Shown here piece by piece: positions 47,110 through 56,091 of a stretch of 64,000 nt of DNA. The notes below the pieces were generated by a model, which saw only the letters and a list, made by a program, of their open reading frames with translations, did not search any database and was not told where the DNA came from. The DNA lies in the IMG/VR virus record IMGVR_UViG_3300044667_000075, positions 32,001-96,000 of that record; one strand, written 5' to 3'. A program made the position numbers and the translations under genes. Position 1 is the stretch's first letter, and every line of letters begins with the position of its first letter. Source of the DNA: a virus. Lineage: Duplodnaviria > Caudoviricetes.

Positions 47110-47384
47110 GCGGCGCCGGTTTCTGCATCACCCCCGGCCACGAGGACCGCCCCGCCCGCCTGTACCCGCACGGCGCGTACTGCGGGGGCTGCATCAAGCC
47201 GCCCCCGCCCGTCCCCCCGCCCCCGGCTGCCGTGGTACTGCCGACGTGCGCGGACTGCGGAACCCCGATGGTCCCCCTGGGGCCAGGGCAGAGGTACCAC
47301 CCGCTCTGCCAGCCGGCGGACGACCTGGACCCCCTGTTCAGGCGGTATGAGCGGCTGGCCCTGCGTGCGAGCAGGGCGGCCTGA
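47106..47384 (+). CDS. Cys-rich hypothetical protein
   Basis: ARLYP.G.YC..C; CADC...HPLC. Confidence 0.6.
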   Translation: MSGAGFCITPGHEDRPARLYPHGAYCGGCIKPPPPVPPPPAAVVLPTCADCGTPMVPLGPGQRYHPLCQPADDLDPLFRRYERLALRASRAA

Positions 47385-47416
47385 GACAGGACCAAACCAT
47401 CAGCGAGGAGAAGACC

Positions 47417-47797
47417 ATGATCGGCACGAGAGCCACGGCGATAAGACGCAACTCCGGCTGCCTGCTGCTCGCCGTCGCGGCGGCAGTGGTGCTGGCCGCC
47501 ATCGCGATCCCGTTCTGGCACTACGAGTACGGCACCCAGCGCACCGTCACGTTCACTGTCAAGAGCCTGGACGACCAGCCGAACGGTAACCGGGGCCACC
47601 AGTACCTGGTGTTCACCACGGACGGCCGGGTGTTCAAGAACACCGACTCGTGGCTGCACGGCAAGACGGATTCGTCCAGTGTGCAGGCCATGTTCACGCC
47701 CGGTGACACATACCGGTGCCCCGTGTTCGGGTTCCGGCTGTTCTGGGCCAGCGGCTACCCGGACATCCTGGACGGCTGCAAGCAGGTCCAGCCGTGA
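47417..47797 (+). CDS. membrane-anchored OB-fold-like phage protein (DUF1523-like)
   Basis: signal/TM then YLVFT..VFKNTDSW..K.DSS. Confidence 0.65.
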   Translation: MIGTRATAIRRNSGCLLLAVAAAVVLAAIAIPFWHYEYGTQRTVTFTVKSLDDQPNGNRGHQYLVFTTDGRVFKNTDSWLHGKTDSSSVQAMFTPGDTYRCPVFGFRLFWASGYPDILDGCKQVQP

Positions 47798-47970
47798 CCT
47801 GGCTGAACTGGCGCCCTGCCGAGGACTGGGAGGAGCCCGTGGTCGCGCACGGCCTTGAATGCGAGCTCGACAAGGACCGGGCCCTGGTGTCAGGTGTCAA
47901 GTCCGAGCAGGAGCGGCCGGTCCCGGTCGCCGACCTGACGCTACCGGCCGTGTACGTCGACCGGGGCTGA
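47794..47970 (+). CDS. hypothetical protein
   Basis: GTGA overlap. Confidence 0.5.
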   Translation: MTWLNWRPAEDWEEPVVAHGLECELDKDRALVSGVKSEQERPVPVADLTLPAVYVDRG

Positions 47971-48002
47971 CCGGCTAGACCATCAGCGAGGAGAGAGGAA
48001 CC

Positions 48003-48473
48003 ATGACCACCGAGACGACAGCCGATTACGGGTCCGCCTGGCAGCAGGAGATGATCCGCAAGGCCGAGAAGGGCCTGCGGGTGGCTCAGGAGATGGCGGG
48101 GCTGCCGGCCATCCCGTCCATCGTGTGCCTGTGCGGCTCCACGCGGTTCTACGACGAGTTCCAGCGGGTGAACTACGCGCGGACCATGGCCGGGGAGATC
48201 GTGCTGTCCGTGGGCTTCTACCCGCACGCTAAAGCCGTCCATGGCCACGGCGAGGGAGTTGGCCACGACTCCGCAGAGAAGGCCGCGCTGGACGAACTCC
48301 ACAAGCGGAAGATCGATCTGGCCGACAAGGTGCTCGTGGTGTCCGATGAGACCGGGTATTTCGGGGAATCGACCTGCGGCGAGATCGCGTACGCGGTCGC
48401 GCACGGCAAGCCGGTCGAGTTCGCGGTTGCCGCGTCGGAGGCGCGGGCGCGGGACATGGGGCTGATCCCGTGA
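48003..48473 (+). CDS. nucleoside deoxyribosyltransferase-like fold protein
   Basis: VCLCGSTRF..LDELHKRKIDLAD.V.V..GY.GEST..EI.YA...GK. Confidence 0.65.
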   Translation: MTTETTADYGSAWQQEMIRKAEKGLRVAQEMAGLPAIPSIVCLCGSTRFYDEFQRVNYARTMAGEIVLSVGFYPHAKAVHGHGEGVGHDSAEKAALDELHKRKIDLADKVLVVSDETGYFGESTCGEIAYAVAHGKPVEFAVAASEARARDMGLIP

Positions 48474-49069
48474 GCACCGAGGCGTCGCCGGCCGGGCAGC
48501 TGGGCCCGATGACAGCAGAGCAGATCGAGACGCGCCTCCGGGAGATCGCCCCGCCTCCCGAGTGGGGCACGACGGTGACCCCGCGCGATCTTGCCCGCTA
48601 CCTCGCGGTGTGCGCGGACCTGGGTTTCTGCCGGAACGTCACCCCGTTCATCCGCGACGACCAGGAAATCCCGGCGTCCCTGCTGCTCGCGGAGTTCACG
48701 GCGGCGCATGCCTTGCTGGCGCTGGCCGAGGCTGCCCCGGAGGCGGCGGCCGAGACGGTCAGGCGGATCGTGGACGCCTGGGCGGACGGCAATAGCCTGG
48801 GCGCCTACCTGTGGGCGGACCTGACCGAGCTCGGCGTGAACCCGGCCGAGGTGGAGCAGCTGGACAGGGCGCGGCTGGCCCTGGATGGCGCCGCGCCCGC
48901 AGAGCCGTCTCCCGTGGCCGACGCTGAGAGCCTGGAGGCCGCCGCCTCGGTCCTTGAGCGCCGCTTCTCCGGCACCCGCCCCGAGGTGCTCGACAGCACC
49001 GTCAGGATGCTGCACTCCCTCGCCCGCGCGTGGCGGCGGGACGCAGGCGAGGAGGCCAGCCGTGGCTGA
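48470..49069 (+). CDS. hypothetical protein
   Basis: coupled ORF. Confidence 0.65.
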   Translation: MSTEASPAGQLGPMTAEQIETRLREIAPPPEWGTTVTPRDLARYLAVCADLGFCRNVTPFIRDDQEIPASLLLAEFTAAHALLALAEAAPEAAAETVRRIVDAWADGNSLGAYLWADLTELGVNPAEVEQLDRARLALDGAAPAEPSPVADAESLEAAASVLERRFSGTRPEVLDSTVRMLHSLARAWRRDAGEEASRG

Positions 49070-49310
49070 GGACGCCCGGACAGTCTTGTGCCCCACCTGC
49101 TTGCATGATGGCGTACTGGAGCTCGCCCTGGCACGGGCTGAGGTGGCAGAGGCCCGCGTTCGCCACCTTGAGGGCGTCTTGGCCCACTTCGCTGCTGAGG
49201 CTCACCGCCGCAAGTGGGCCTTCGAAGGCATCCCGGAAGCGTTCGACGCCCTGGACCAGTTCGGCAACGAGATGCTCGCCGCGAGCAAGAGGGAGGCGGC
49301 CGGTGGCTGA
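49062..49310 (+). CDS. hypothetical protein
   Basis: RBS GGAGG. Confidence 0.55.
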   Translation: MAEDARTVLCPTCLHDGVLELALARAEVAEARVRHLEGVLAHFAAEAHRRKWAFEGIPEAFDALDQFGNEMLAASKREAAGG

Positions 49311-49503
49311 ACGTCCCCGCTGCGGCAGGCTCATGCAGCGCTACGACTGGCCGGGCCAGGTCGAGGGAGCCGTCTGCGGCATGCCTGCCGGTCACCGGGG
49401 GTACTGCCTGTCTGAGGCGGCGTGGAGACGGAAGCTTGACGCGAACAAGCGGGGAGTGCAGGCAGCAAGGCGGGCAAGGCAGGAGGCTGGCCGTGCAGCC
49501 TGA
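49303..49503 (+). CDS. hypothetical protein (similar pattern to 46192 gene)
   Basis: PRCG..M...CG.P.GH. Confidence 0.55.
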   Translation: MAERPRCGRLMQRYDWPGQVEGAVCGMPAGHRGYCLSEAAWRRKLDANKRGVQAARRARQEAGRAA

Positions 49504-49981
49504 CCGCCCCGGCCGCCTCCGCCGAGCTGGTGCCCGCTGGCGGGTCCTGGTCCACGAGAGGACCGGTGAGCGCCGCTCCCACGACATCACCAGCGACCCT
49601 CGCTCGCCCGCCCGGCACGCAGAGACGCTGAAACGACTCGCCGCGATGCGCCCGGACCTCCCGCCACCACCCGACCTCACCAGTCACGTGGTCCTGGAAG
49701 GCGCCGAGTTCGACGAGCTGGTCGTCGGGTCGTGGATTCACCTGGAGCAGATGGACACGGGCCGTTGGTGGATGAACGTCGGCGGGGTGACGGTCAACAT
49801 CACGGCGGACAGGGACGGGCGGCCCAGGGTGGTTGACGTGTACGGGCCCGGCGACTACGCCGATCCGGTTGAGGGATGCCGGTACTCACTGACGTGGAGC
49901 GACGGCGGCGGCGGTCCTGCTGTGGTCCCGTCAGAGCGGGCAGCGACAGAGGAGGCCGGGTTATGCGCGCCGCGCGTGTAG
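49493..49981 (+). CDS. hypothetical protein
   Basis: EFDELVVGSWIHLEQMD..WW. Confidence 0.6.
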   Translation: MQPDRPGRLRRAGARWRVLVHERTGERRSHDITSDPRSPARHAETLKRLAAMRPDLPPPPDLTSHVVLEGAEFDELVVGSWIHLEQMDTGRWWMNVGGVTVNITADRDGRPRVVDVYGPGDYADPVEGCRYSLTWSDGGGGPAVVPSERAATEEAGLCAPRV

Positions 49982-50141
49982 TTATGCGCTCCGGTGGGCC
50001 CGGGGCGGGGAGTGCGCATACGGGGGACGGACGGAGCGCTGGGCGGTCACCCCGTACGCCGCCTACCGGCGGGAATGACTTTAGCACGACTAGGCAAACT
50101 TTCGTCAAATCGTTCGCAATGAGCTGTCTACCTGCAATTTT

Positions 50142-50238
50142 GTCCGAACTCTCGGACTTGTCAGACACCCCCCTGACGCCTGACCGAGTCCGAGTTCTCG
50201 GACTAGCGCGACCTGGGTCTTTGTCCGAGGATTCGGAC
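50142..50238. repeat. three GTCCGA-N4-TCGGAC palindromes
   Basis: at 50142, 50188, 50223. Confidence 0.85.
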
Positions 50239-50658
50239 TGCGTCGTAGTAGGTGGAGCGGGGCATCTCCAGCGCGCGGGTGATTTCCTTCATGTCCATGC
50301 CGAGCGCGAGCAGTGCGCCGATGCGGAGGGCGTTGGGCGGCAGGGACTTGTCGAGCAGCAGTTCGCGCGCCAGCTCCAGGTCCGGGCCGCGTTTTGGCCG
50401 CCGCGGCGACCACGTGTAGCACGCCACCTTGGCGGCTATCGCCCGGCCGATGAGCTCGTCTGTGCATCCGCAGTGGCAGTTCCAGACAGGACGCCCGTGC
50501 TTGACCTGAATGGACAGCGGCGCACGGTCGCTCTTGTGCTCACGGACCGGGCACCACGCCCGGATTCCGGCTGGCTCAGACCACCCGTTCAGCGGCTTCG
50601 CCCAGTGATCAGTAATGCAGTCCTTGGCGTCGAAACCGACGATGCAGGACCAGCCCAC
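50203..50658 (-). CDS. primase-type Zn-finger plus HTH protein
   Basis: WCPV.EH.SD..PLSI...WNCHCGC; MKEITRALEMPRSTYY. Confidence 0.65.
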   Translation of the reverse strand: MGWSCIVGFDAKDCITDHWAKPLNGWSEPAGIRAWCPVREHKSDRAPLSIQVKHGRPVWNCHCGCTDELIGRAIAAKVACYTWSPRRPKRGPDLELARELLLDKSLPPNALRIGALLALGMDMKEITRALEMPRSTYYDAVRILGQRPRSR

Positions 50659-50799
50659 AGGGCTAACCGCCTGACGGCATGCGAAGTCACGGCAGGGTCA
50701 GATGGCATACTCAAAGGCGCTCCTGATGAGGGAGTAGGCGGGCCGGCGTTCGGCTTGGCGGTTGGGCGCCGGTCCCGCTCTTTCTGGGTTGGTGACGCG

Positions 50800-51033
50800 C
50801 TAGGCGTCCGTGCGCTTGCCTCTCACGGCTGGCGGTATCCCCGCATCGCGCGCAAGCTGGCGAAGGTGGGCGTCACTGAACGGCGAAAGTTCCGCAACGC
50901 GCTTCGGCGGTCTGCCGGCGCGGAGCGCATCGAGCACCGCCGTGATGTGTTCGCCCTTCGCCTTCTCGACCGCCGACTGAGCGCGCCGCAAGCGCCGGGC
51001 TGTCGCATCAACGGCTTCCTCATGCTGATCCAT
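50800..51033 (-). CDS. small HTH regulator
   Basis: ALRAGRPPKRVAELSPFSDAHLRQLAR. Confidence 0.7.
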   Translation of the reverse strand: MDQHEEAVDATARRLRRAQSAVEKAKGEHITAVLDALRAGRPPKRVAELSPFSDAHLRQLARDAGIPPAVRGKRTDA

Positions 51034-51139
51034 AGCGCAAAGAGTATCGCAATCGGCTTGCGTTGTCACGGGAACTGCGATAGCGTAAGTCCAGAGCGCA
51101 ATCCTTAGCGCAGATGACTTCCGTGAAACGGAGGATCCG

Positions 51140-51340
51140 ATGACCACCGCCACCACCGCCGCGCGGGCTGTGAACATCCAGACCCGCTTGTCCGTCGCAG
51201 CGGGCATAGCCTCGCGGTTCGAGATCGAGAGCGAGGTCATCGAGATCACCCTCGATGACGCTGAGAGACTGCTCGCCATCCTAGAGGCCGGGCCGTCCGA
51301 CGACCCGGCCGGTTACGCCAAGCAGAACCCGGAGGGCTGA
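51140..51340 (+). CDS. hypothetical protein
   Basis: RBS GGAGG. Confidence 0.55.
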   Translation: MTTATTAARAVNIQTRLSVAAGIASRFEIESEVIEITLDDAERLLAILEAGPSDDPAGYAKQNPEG

Positions 51341-51343
51341 ACC

Positions 51344-51610
51344 ATGACCACTCCCGATCCCGTCACTGGCCCGCTCCGCGTCTTTGACCTGTTCGACCCC
51401 GGAAAGCCTGATCCGGTCCGTGAGGCTGAGGTGGCCGCGCATCACGCCGCCCACCCGGACCCGCGCAGTTACGAGGCGACGAGGGCATGGAAGGACGCCC
51501 ACCCGGACGAGCGGGCACCCGTCCGGCGCCGCGGCCGGGGCCTGTTCGCTGACCTGCGTGACGCGCTCGACCCCGAGAGGGAGCGGCTGGCCCGAGAGCA
51601 GAGGGACTGA
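51344..51610 (+). CDS. hypothetical protein
   Basis: RBS GGAGG. Confidence 0.55.
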   Translation: MTTPDPVTGPLRVFDLFDPGKPDPVREAEVAAHHAAHPDPRSYEATRAWKDAHPDERAPVRRRGRGLFADLRDALDPERERLAREQRD

Positions 51611-51613
51611 CGG

Positions 51614-51859
51614 ATGGCCCTCAAGGACACCCGCCACGGCCGGGACATCCTCCGCATCCTCGCCGATGACGACCCCGAGAGGCTCGCACGCCTGCGGGAA
51701 GCCATGGCCGCGGAGACCGGCCACACGGTCACCGAGACCGGGGACCTCAAGCCTTACGACACCTGCGGCCAGCCCGTAGACCAGGACCCGTCCGGCCGGC
51801 TGGTCACGATCGTCGGCAGGAACGCCGAGTGCTACGGAAGCAGGAGGACTGGGCCGTGA
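51614..51859 (+). CDS. hypothetical protein
   Basis: coupled ORF. Confidence 0.55.
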   Translation: MALKDTRHGRDILRILADDDPERLARLREAMAAETGHTVTETGDLKPYDTCGQPVDQDPSGRLVTIVGRNAECYGSRRTGP

Positions 51860-52212
51860 CCGAGACCATCCCCGGCAGCTTGCGCCGCGCCGCGAAACTG
51901 ATGCGGGAGCGCGCCGCACTGGTGCCGCCAGCGCCGTGGTTCCCGGCGGTACACGACGTGACCACGTACGACGGCCTCGACGTGATCGCGTCGTCCGGGC
52001 TGACCGTACGCGCCCAGTACGTTGCCTCCTGGCATCCCCTCGTCGCTGCCGCGGTCGCCGACTGGCTGGACGAGGTAGCTGACGACCGTCACGCCTGCCT
52101 GGACGCCTGGGTGGAAGTTGCCGCGCTCAGGATCGCCCGCGCCTACCTCAGCGAGTCCGGGCAGGTCCCGGAGCCCGTCAGGGCCGAGGCCGAGGAGGGC
52201 ACCGATGGGTAA
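51856..52212 (+). CDS. conserved actinophage hypothetical protein
   Basis: LRRAAKLMRERA..PW..YVASWHP.VA.AVADWL. Confidence 0.65.
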   Translation: MTETIPGSLRRAAKLMRERAALVPPAPWFPAVHDVTTYDGLDVIASSGLTVRAQYVASWHPLVAAAVADWLDEVADDRHACLDAWVEVAALRIARAYLSESGQVPEPVRAEAEEGTDG

Positions 52213-52567
52213 CGCCGCAACTGTCCGCCATGCGGCAGCCGTCCGCGCCGCCGTCCGCGCCGCGATCCGTGAGGGAGCCTTCGGTGAACTGCCCGCCGGG
52301 ATCAAGATCGGCGTCCGCTCCGGCGTTGACATGATCTACGTCGAGATCGACGGCGCTCCGGACGGCTGGTCCGCAGAAGCCGGCCCGTCCGACGGTTTCC
52401 CGTTCGGGCGGCGAGCCGGGTCGGATGAGGCGTGCGCGCTGGCCGCCAAGCTGGCCGGCGTTGCCCGCGAGCAGGCTCCCGGCTGGACTGTGCGCATCCT
52501 GCTCTGCCTCCCCGACGGCGATGTCGCCTACCTGCCCTGGCCGCGTTCAGGAAACGAGGAGAGCTGA
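52205..52567 (+). CDS. hypothetical protein
   Basis: coupled ORF. Confidence 0.6.
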   Translation: MGNAATVRHAAAVRAAVRAAIREGAFGELPAGIKIGVRSGVDMIYVEIDGAPDGWSAEAGPSDGFPFGRRAGSDEACALAAKLAGVAREQAPGWTVRILLCLPDGDVAYLPWPRSGNEES

Positions 52568-52569
52568 CG

Positions 52570-52833
52570 ATGCCCCCCAAGCCCAAGCCCCCGACCCCGG
52601 CGAGAGTCTCCGCCACCCTCCGCGCCCACGACTTCCGCGCCTGCCGGGACGGCCGCGACGAGGGATTCCAGGTTGAGTGGAGCCAGGGCCCCGGCTCGGC
52701 CGTCCGAGTCGGCTTCGAGGCCGTCACCACCGAGATACACGACCTGGCCATGCGGACGATGACCACGATCCTCCAGCGCAAAGGCTGGGACGTGAGAGAT
52801 GTCGGCTACCTGCTGGTGAAGGAGAAGCCATGA
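52570..52833 (+). CDS. hypothetical protein
   Basis: RBS GAGGAG. Confidence 0.6.
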   Translation: MPPKPKPPTPARVSATLRAHDFRACRDGRDEGFQVEWSQGPGSAVRVGFEAVTTEIHDLAMRTMTTILQRKGWDVRDVGYLLVKEKP

Positions 52834-53222
52834 CCGGGTTGATCGTCAACCCCGGCTCCGGTGAGATCGCCGCAGCAGGCGACCACTGGACGAACACCGA
52901 GGCCACCGCCCGAGCCGAAGCCGGGAAGTGGCTGGCGAACATGCACGCCGAAGGCATGACCGACGTCGAGTTGCTCGACGGCTGCCGGGAGCGCGCGGGC
53001 CGCTGGCTGTTCACCTTCCGCCACAAGGTCACCGGGGTCACGGTAGAGCTCGAAACGCACGGCATCGACAACCTGGAGGCGTACGGGCGGGACCACTTCA
53101 GCCCGCGCGTCTGGTGGAACGGGTCGAGCACCGCGGAGCCCAAGCTGGAGGACTTCGCCGCACCCGGCTTCACCCCGCTCCGCACGTTCGTTCCTGTCGC
53201 CACAGAGGAAGACCAGCCATGA
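52830..53222 (+). CDS. hypothetical protein
   Basis: ATGA overlap. Confidence 0.65.
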   Translation: MTGLIVNPGSGEIAAAGDHWTNTEATARAEAGKWLANMHAEGMTDVELLDGCRERAGRWLFTFRHKVTGVTVELETHGIDNLEAYGRDHFSPRVWWNGSSTAEPKLEDFAAPGFTPLRTFVPVATEEDQP

Positions 53223-53563
53223 CCGACCACCCCGAAGCCCTCCCCCTCCGCGCCCGCACCATAGGCCAGATCTACGCCGACGCCAGCGACACCGACATCA
53301 CCGTCGAGCACGTCTACCTCCCCGAAGGGGCCTTCCACTGCGATGGCTGCGGCTCCGGCCACGACCCCGGCATGGTCGGCCTGGTGGTCGCAGGCGCCGG
53401 GGAGGGCGACCCCGCGGTGAGCGCGATGCTGACCGCCGAAGAGGCCCTCGTGCTCGCCAACAGGCTCACCCGCGCGGCCTCACTGGTGCTGGAGGCGGGG
53501 GAGCAGGTCCCGGACATCGAGCGGGAGGCCGCCCGGTTCAGCGGCCGGGAGGAGCCGGCATGA
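53219..53563 (+). CDS. hypothetical protein
   Basis: ATGA overlap. Confidence 0.65.
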   Translation: MTDHPEALPLRARTIGQIYADASDTDITVEHVYLPEGAFHCDGCGSGHDPGMVGLVVAGAGEGDPAVSAMLTAEEALVLANRLTRAASLVLEAGEQVPDIEREAARFSGREEPA

Positions 53564-53859
53564 GCAGCGACTACTACGGCGGCATCGCCGGCGAGGAAGC
53601 CGACCGGGGGGCAGCACGCCGCCCCGCCGTATCCGGCCGTGCCGCCCGCGACCGTGCCGCCAAGGCCGGCTGCCGGCCGGGTGTCGCCCAGGTCCGCCTG
53701 GTCGGCCCGCCCGAGGTGATCGACGCCGCTAACGCCCTGCTGGCCGACCTGTGCGGCGACGCCTGGCAGCCATCCACCCGCAAGGCAGGCCGCCACGAGG
53801 GCGGCGACCACCTGCAGTACGGAACCCTGATCGTCCCGATACCCCGGAGCGAACCATGA
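53560..53859 (+). CDS. hypothetical protein
   Basis: VRLVG.PE; ATGA overlap. Confidence 0.6.
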   Translation: MSSDYYGGIAGEEADRGAARRPAVSGRAARDRAAKAGCRPGVAQVRLVGPPEVIDAANALLADLCGDAWQPSTRKAGRHEGGDHLQYGTLIVPIPRSEP

Positions 53860-54038
53860 GCAATGACGCCGGCCCCATCTGCGGGGTTCAGTGGCCGAAC
53901 CTGGGGCCAGCAGGAGGCCTGTGGACCTGCACGCTCGACGCGGGCCACGACGGCGACCACGAGGCGCACGGCCCGGCCGGCCTGTGCGCTGACCGCAGCG
54001 CCGTCATCCCGCAGGGGCACGAGGAGATCCTGCCGTGA
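53856..54038 (+). CDS. small C..C..GH.GDH protein
   Basis: CTLDAGHDGDH. Confidence 0.55.
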   Translation: MSNDAGPICGVQWPNLGPAGGLWTCTLDAGHDGDHEAHGPAGLCADRSAVIPQGHEEILP

Positions 54039-54289
54039 CGACGACCGACACCGGTTTCTGCCGGGCGATGACCGGCACCGGCACCCTCGTAACCGTGTAC
54101 GCCCACGGCCGGGCCGCGCTGAGGATCATGCGGAAAGGCGACGAGACTCTGATCTGCACCCAGGACCAGGGCCACGACCGGAGTCACGCGGCCTGCGACG
54201 GCCAGGGCCACATCCTGGCCCGGTGGCCGCAGTCGGCTGTCGAACGCTACTGGCAGCCCGGCGACTGCAAGGAGCACGACCATGAGTGA
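54035..54289 (+). CDS. small Cys/His protein
   Basis: CTQDQGHDRSH. Confidence 0.55.
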   Translation: MTTTDTGFCRAMTGTGTLVTVYAHGRAALRIMRKGDETLICTQDQGHDRSHAACDGQGHILARWPQSAVERYWQPGDCKEHDHE

Positions 54290-54557
54290 CACAGAGGCGA
54301 AGGCGATTCTTGCCGCCCTGAACCGTGTCCGGCGCGAGCGCGAGGAGCAGCCTCCGGCTGACACCCCGCCCGAGACCACCGAGCTTCCGAGGCTTCACGT
54401 CGGCCAGCAGTGCCCCGACTGCCTGCACCCGTGGTGGGCACACGAGACCCGCGCGCCATCTGGGCCGCTGGCGTCATGGCAGGTCCCGCTCCGGTGCTGC
54501 ATCGGCCAGGAGTGCCGCTGCACGCGCCTCGGCCCGGCATCCGGAGGTGCCCGGTGA
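54282..54557 (+). CDS. Cys-rich hypothetical protein
   Basis: CPDC.H...C....CRC. Confidence 0.55.
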   Translation: MSDTEAKAILAALNRVRREREEQPPADTPPETTELPRLHVGQQCPDCLHPWWAHETRAPSGPLASWQVPLRCCIGQECRCTRLGPASGGAR

Positions 54558-54721
54558 TGACAGCGCCCGAGACGCCCCAATCGCTTGATGATCTCGTGGA
54601 TCGATGGCACGAAGGCGACGGCGAAGGCGTGGAACTGCACGAGTATCTCGGCATGAGCTGGGACGAGTACTGCAAATGGGTCGGGAGCGCCCATGGCTGA
54701 CACCCCGCCCGAGACCACCGA
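54356..54721 (+). repeat. 27-bp direct repeat
   Basis: GGCTGACACCCCGCCCGAGACCACCGA at 54356 and 54695. Confidence 0.85.
54557..54700 (+). CDS. 47-aa conserved phage protein
   Basis: DD.VD.WH...LHEYLGMSWDEY..W. Confidence 0.65.
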   Translation: MTAPETPQSLDDLVDRWHEGDGEGVELHEYLGMSWDEYCKWVGSAHG

Positions 54722-55136
54722 CCCGCTGGCACTCCTGGAGGAGATGGCCGCCCGCGCAGGGATCTTCGCCAGGTTCGGGCCTCCGCGCCACGCCCAGGGT
54801 TTCGGCAGCGAGATCTACAACGCCGCGATCTCCTCAGCCGAGGACGTTCCGGCCCTCCTCGCTGCCCTCCGGGCGGTACTGGAATTGCACGTTCGCAGCG
54901 ACAAGCCGGTCAGGACGCACAATCTCTGCCGCGACCACTCGGCCCTCCATCACCACTCTGGCCGTTTCCCTCGTGAGGTCATCGAGATCTGCCCGGAGTG
55001 CGTCGCTACCGAGAAGTACGTGTGTGCGCACTGCCACCACGAGTGCCCCGACGACGACCAGTGGCCCTGCCCGACCGTCCAGGCCATCACCCGCGAGCTC
55101 GGGAAGGGAGCTGGCGATGCGACAGTGGAACGCTAA
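54693..55136 (+). CDS. hypothetical protein
   Basis: AVLELH...C..C...WPCPTVQAI. Confidence 0.65.
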   Translation: MADTPPETTDPLALLEEMAARAGIFARFGPPRHAQGFGSEIYNAAISSAEDVPALLAALRAVLELHVRSDKPVRTHNLCRDHSALHHHSGRFPREVIEICPECVATEKYVCAHCHHECPDDDQWPCPTVQAITRELGKGAGDATVER

Positions 55137-55359
55137 CCAGTTGGCCGCCGCCCTGAAGGCCGTACGAGAGTACGGCGGTACCGCACGCTCGCTGAGCGAT
55201 CACATCCTCACCAGCAAGGGGGAGCCTGTGACGCCCAATCGCGCTATGGGGCTGCTGCGGGAACTGGAGCGGCGGGGATCGGTGCGCCGGTGGAAGCGGC
55301 CGGGGACCAGGGCGTGGCTGTGGACGGTGGCCGGGGAAGGGGCTGGCGATGACAGGTGA
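55117..55359 (+). CDS. winged-helix-like protein
   Basis: GTARSLS...LLRELERRG.V...W. Confidence 0.5.
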   Translation: MRQWNANQLAAALKAVREYGGTARSLSDHILTSKGEPVTPNRAMGLLRELERRGSVRRWKRPGTRAWLWTVAGEGAGDDR

Positions 55360-55508
55360 CCTCATCTCCTCTACCGCCGCCATGATCGTGGCCGTCTGTA
55401 TCGCCTTCGCCGGAGGCTGGTCCCTCCGGCGGCTGCGTGACCAGCACCGGGCAGACGTCCGGCGCGACCAGGAATGGGACGCTGGGCACGGGATCACCAG
55501 GAGGGGCG

Positions 55509-55874
55509 ATGACCGGTAGCTACGACCCGCTCCACGACATAGCCCTGCTCCTCGCCGCCGTAACCCAGACCGCAGGCTCCCAGGTACGCGTCGCCACGGA
55601 CCCGCTGATGCGGATCTCCTCCCGGCTCGGCTTCACCCACAAGACCGACCCGTCCGAGATCGAGGACGCCCTCCGCGGGACCATCGAACGCCGGGTACGC
55701 CGCGAGACGGCACGGGAAGTCCTGGAACTGGCCGAAGCCGAGCGGAAACTGTCGATCGCCGGGGCGCCGAACAAGGGCCCCTGGGGTGACGCGGTGACAA
55801 GCCTCCGCAGGCTCGCACGAGGGGAACCGCTTCCGAGACCGGAGGAACTGAGGGGAGGGGTGGCCGGTGAATGA
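55509..55874 (+). CDS. hypothetical protein
   Basis: RBS AGGAGG. Confidence 0.6.
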   Translation: MTGSYDPLHDIALLLAAVTQTAGSQVRVATDPLMRISSRLGFTHKTDPSEIEDALRGTIERRVRRETAREVLELAEAERKLSIAGAPNKGPWGDAVTSLRRLARGEPLPRPEELRGGVAGE

Positions 55875-56091
55875 GCCGAGATCCTGGCAGCCGGGCGACC
55901 GGGTGATCGTGCGCCTGCCGGACAGGTCTGCGCCCTATGGGCGCCGGGTTGATGTTCACGGGACAGTGCGTGCTGTCGATGAGCCCGACCTGCCGCCCGG
56001 TGTCCGCGTCGACCTGGACCGCGAGGTCAACGGCGTCCGGGACTGCTACGCAACGCACGGCGAGCTCCGGCCGGAGGTGCCCGGTGCCTGA
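55867..56091 (+). CDS. small SH3-like protein
   Basis: WQPGDRVIV...GTV..V. Confidence 0.55.
   Translation: MNEPRSWQPGDRVIVRLPDRSAPYGRRVDVHGTVRAVDEPDLPPGVRVDLDREVNGVRDCYATHGELRPEVPGA

Noticed and set aside
50723-50790. hammerhead ribozyme (CTGATGAG on plus strand)
   Set aside because: No CGAAA core partner; the downstream stem looks like an ordinary terminator-type hairpin.
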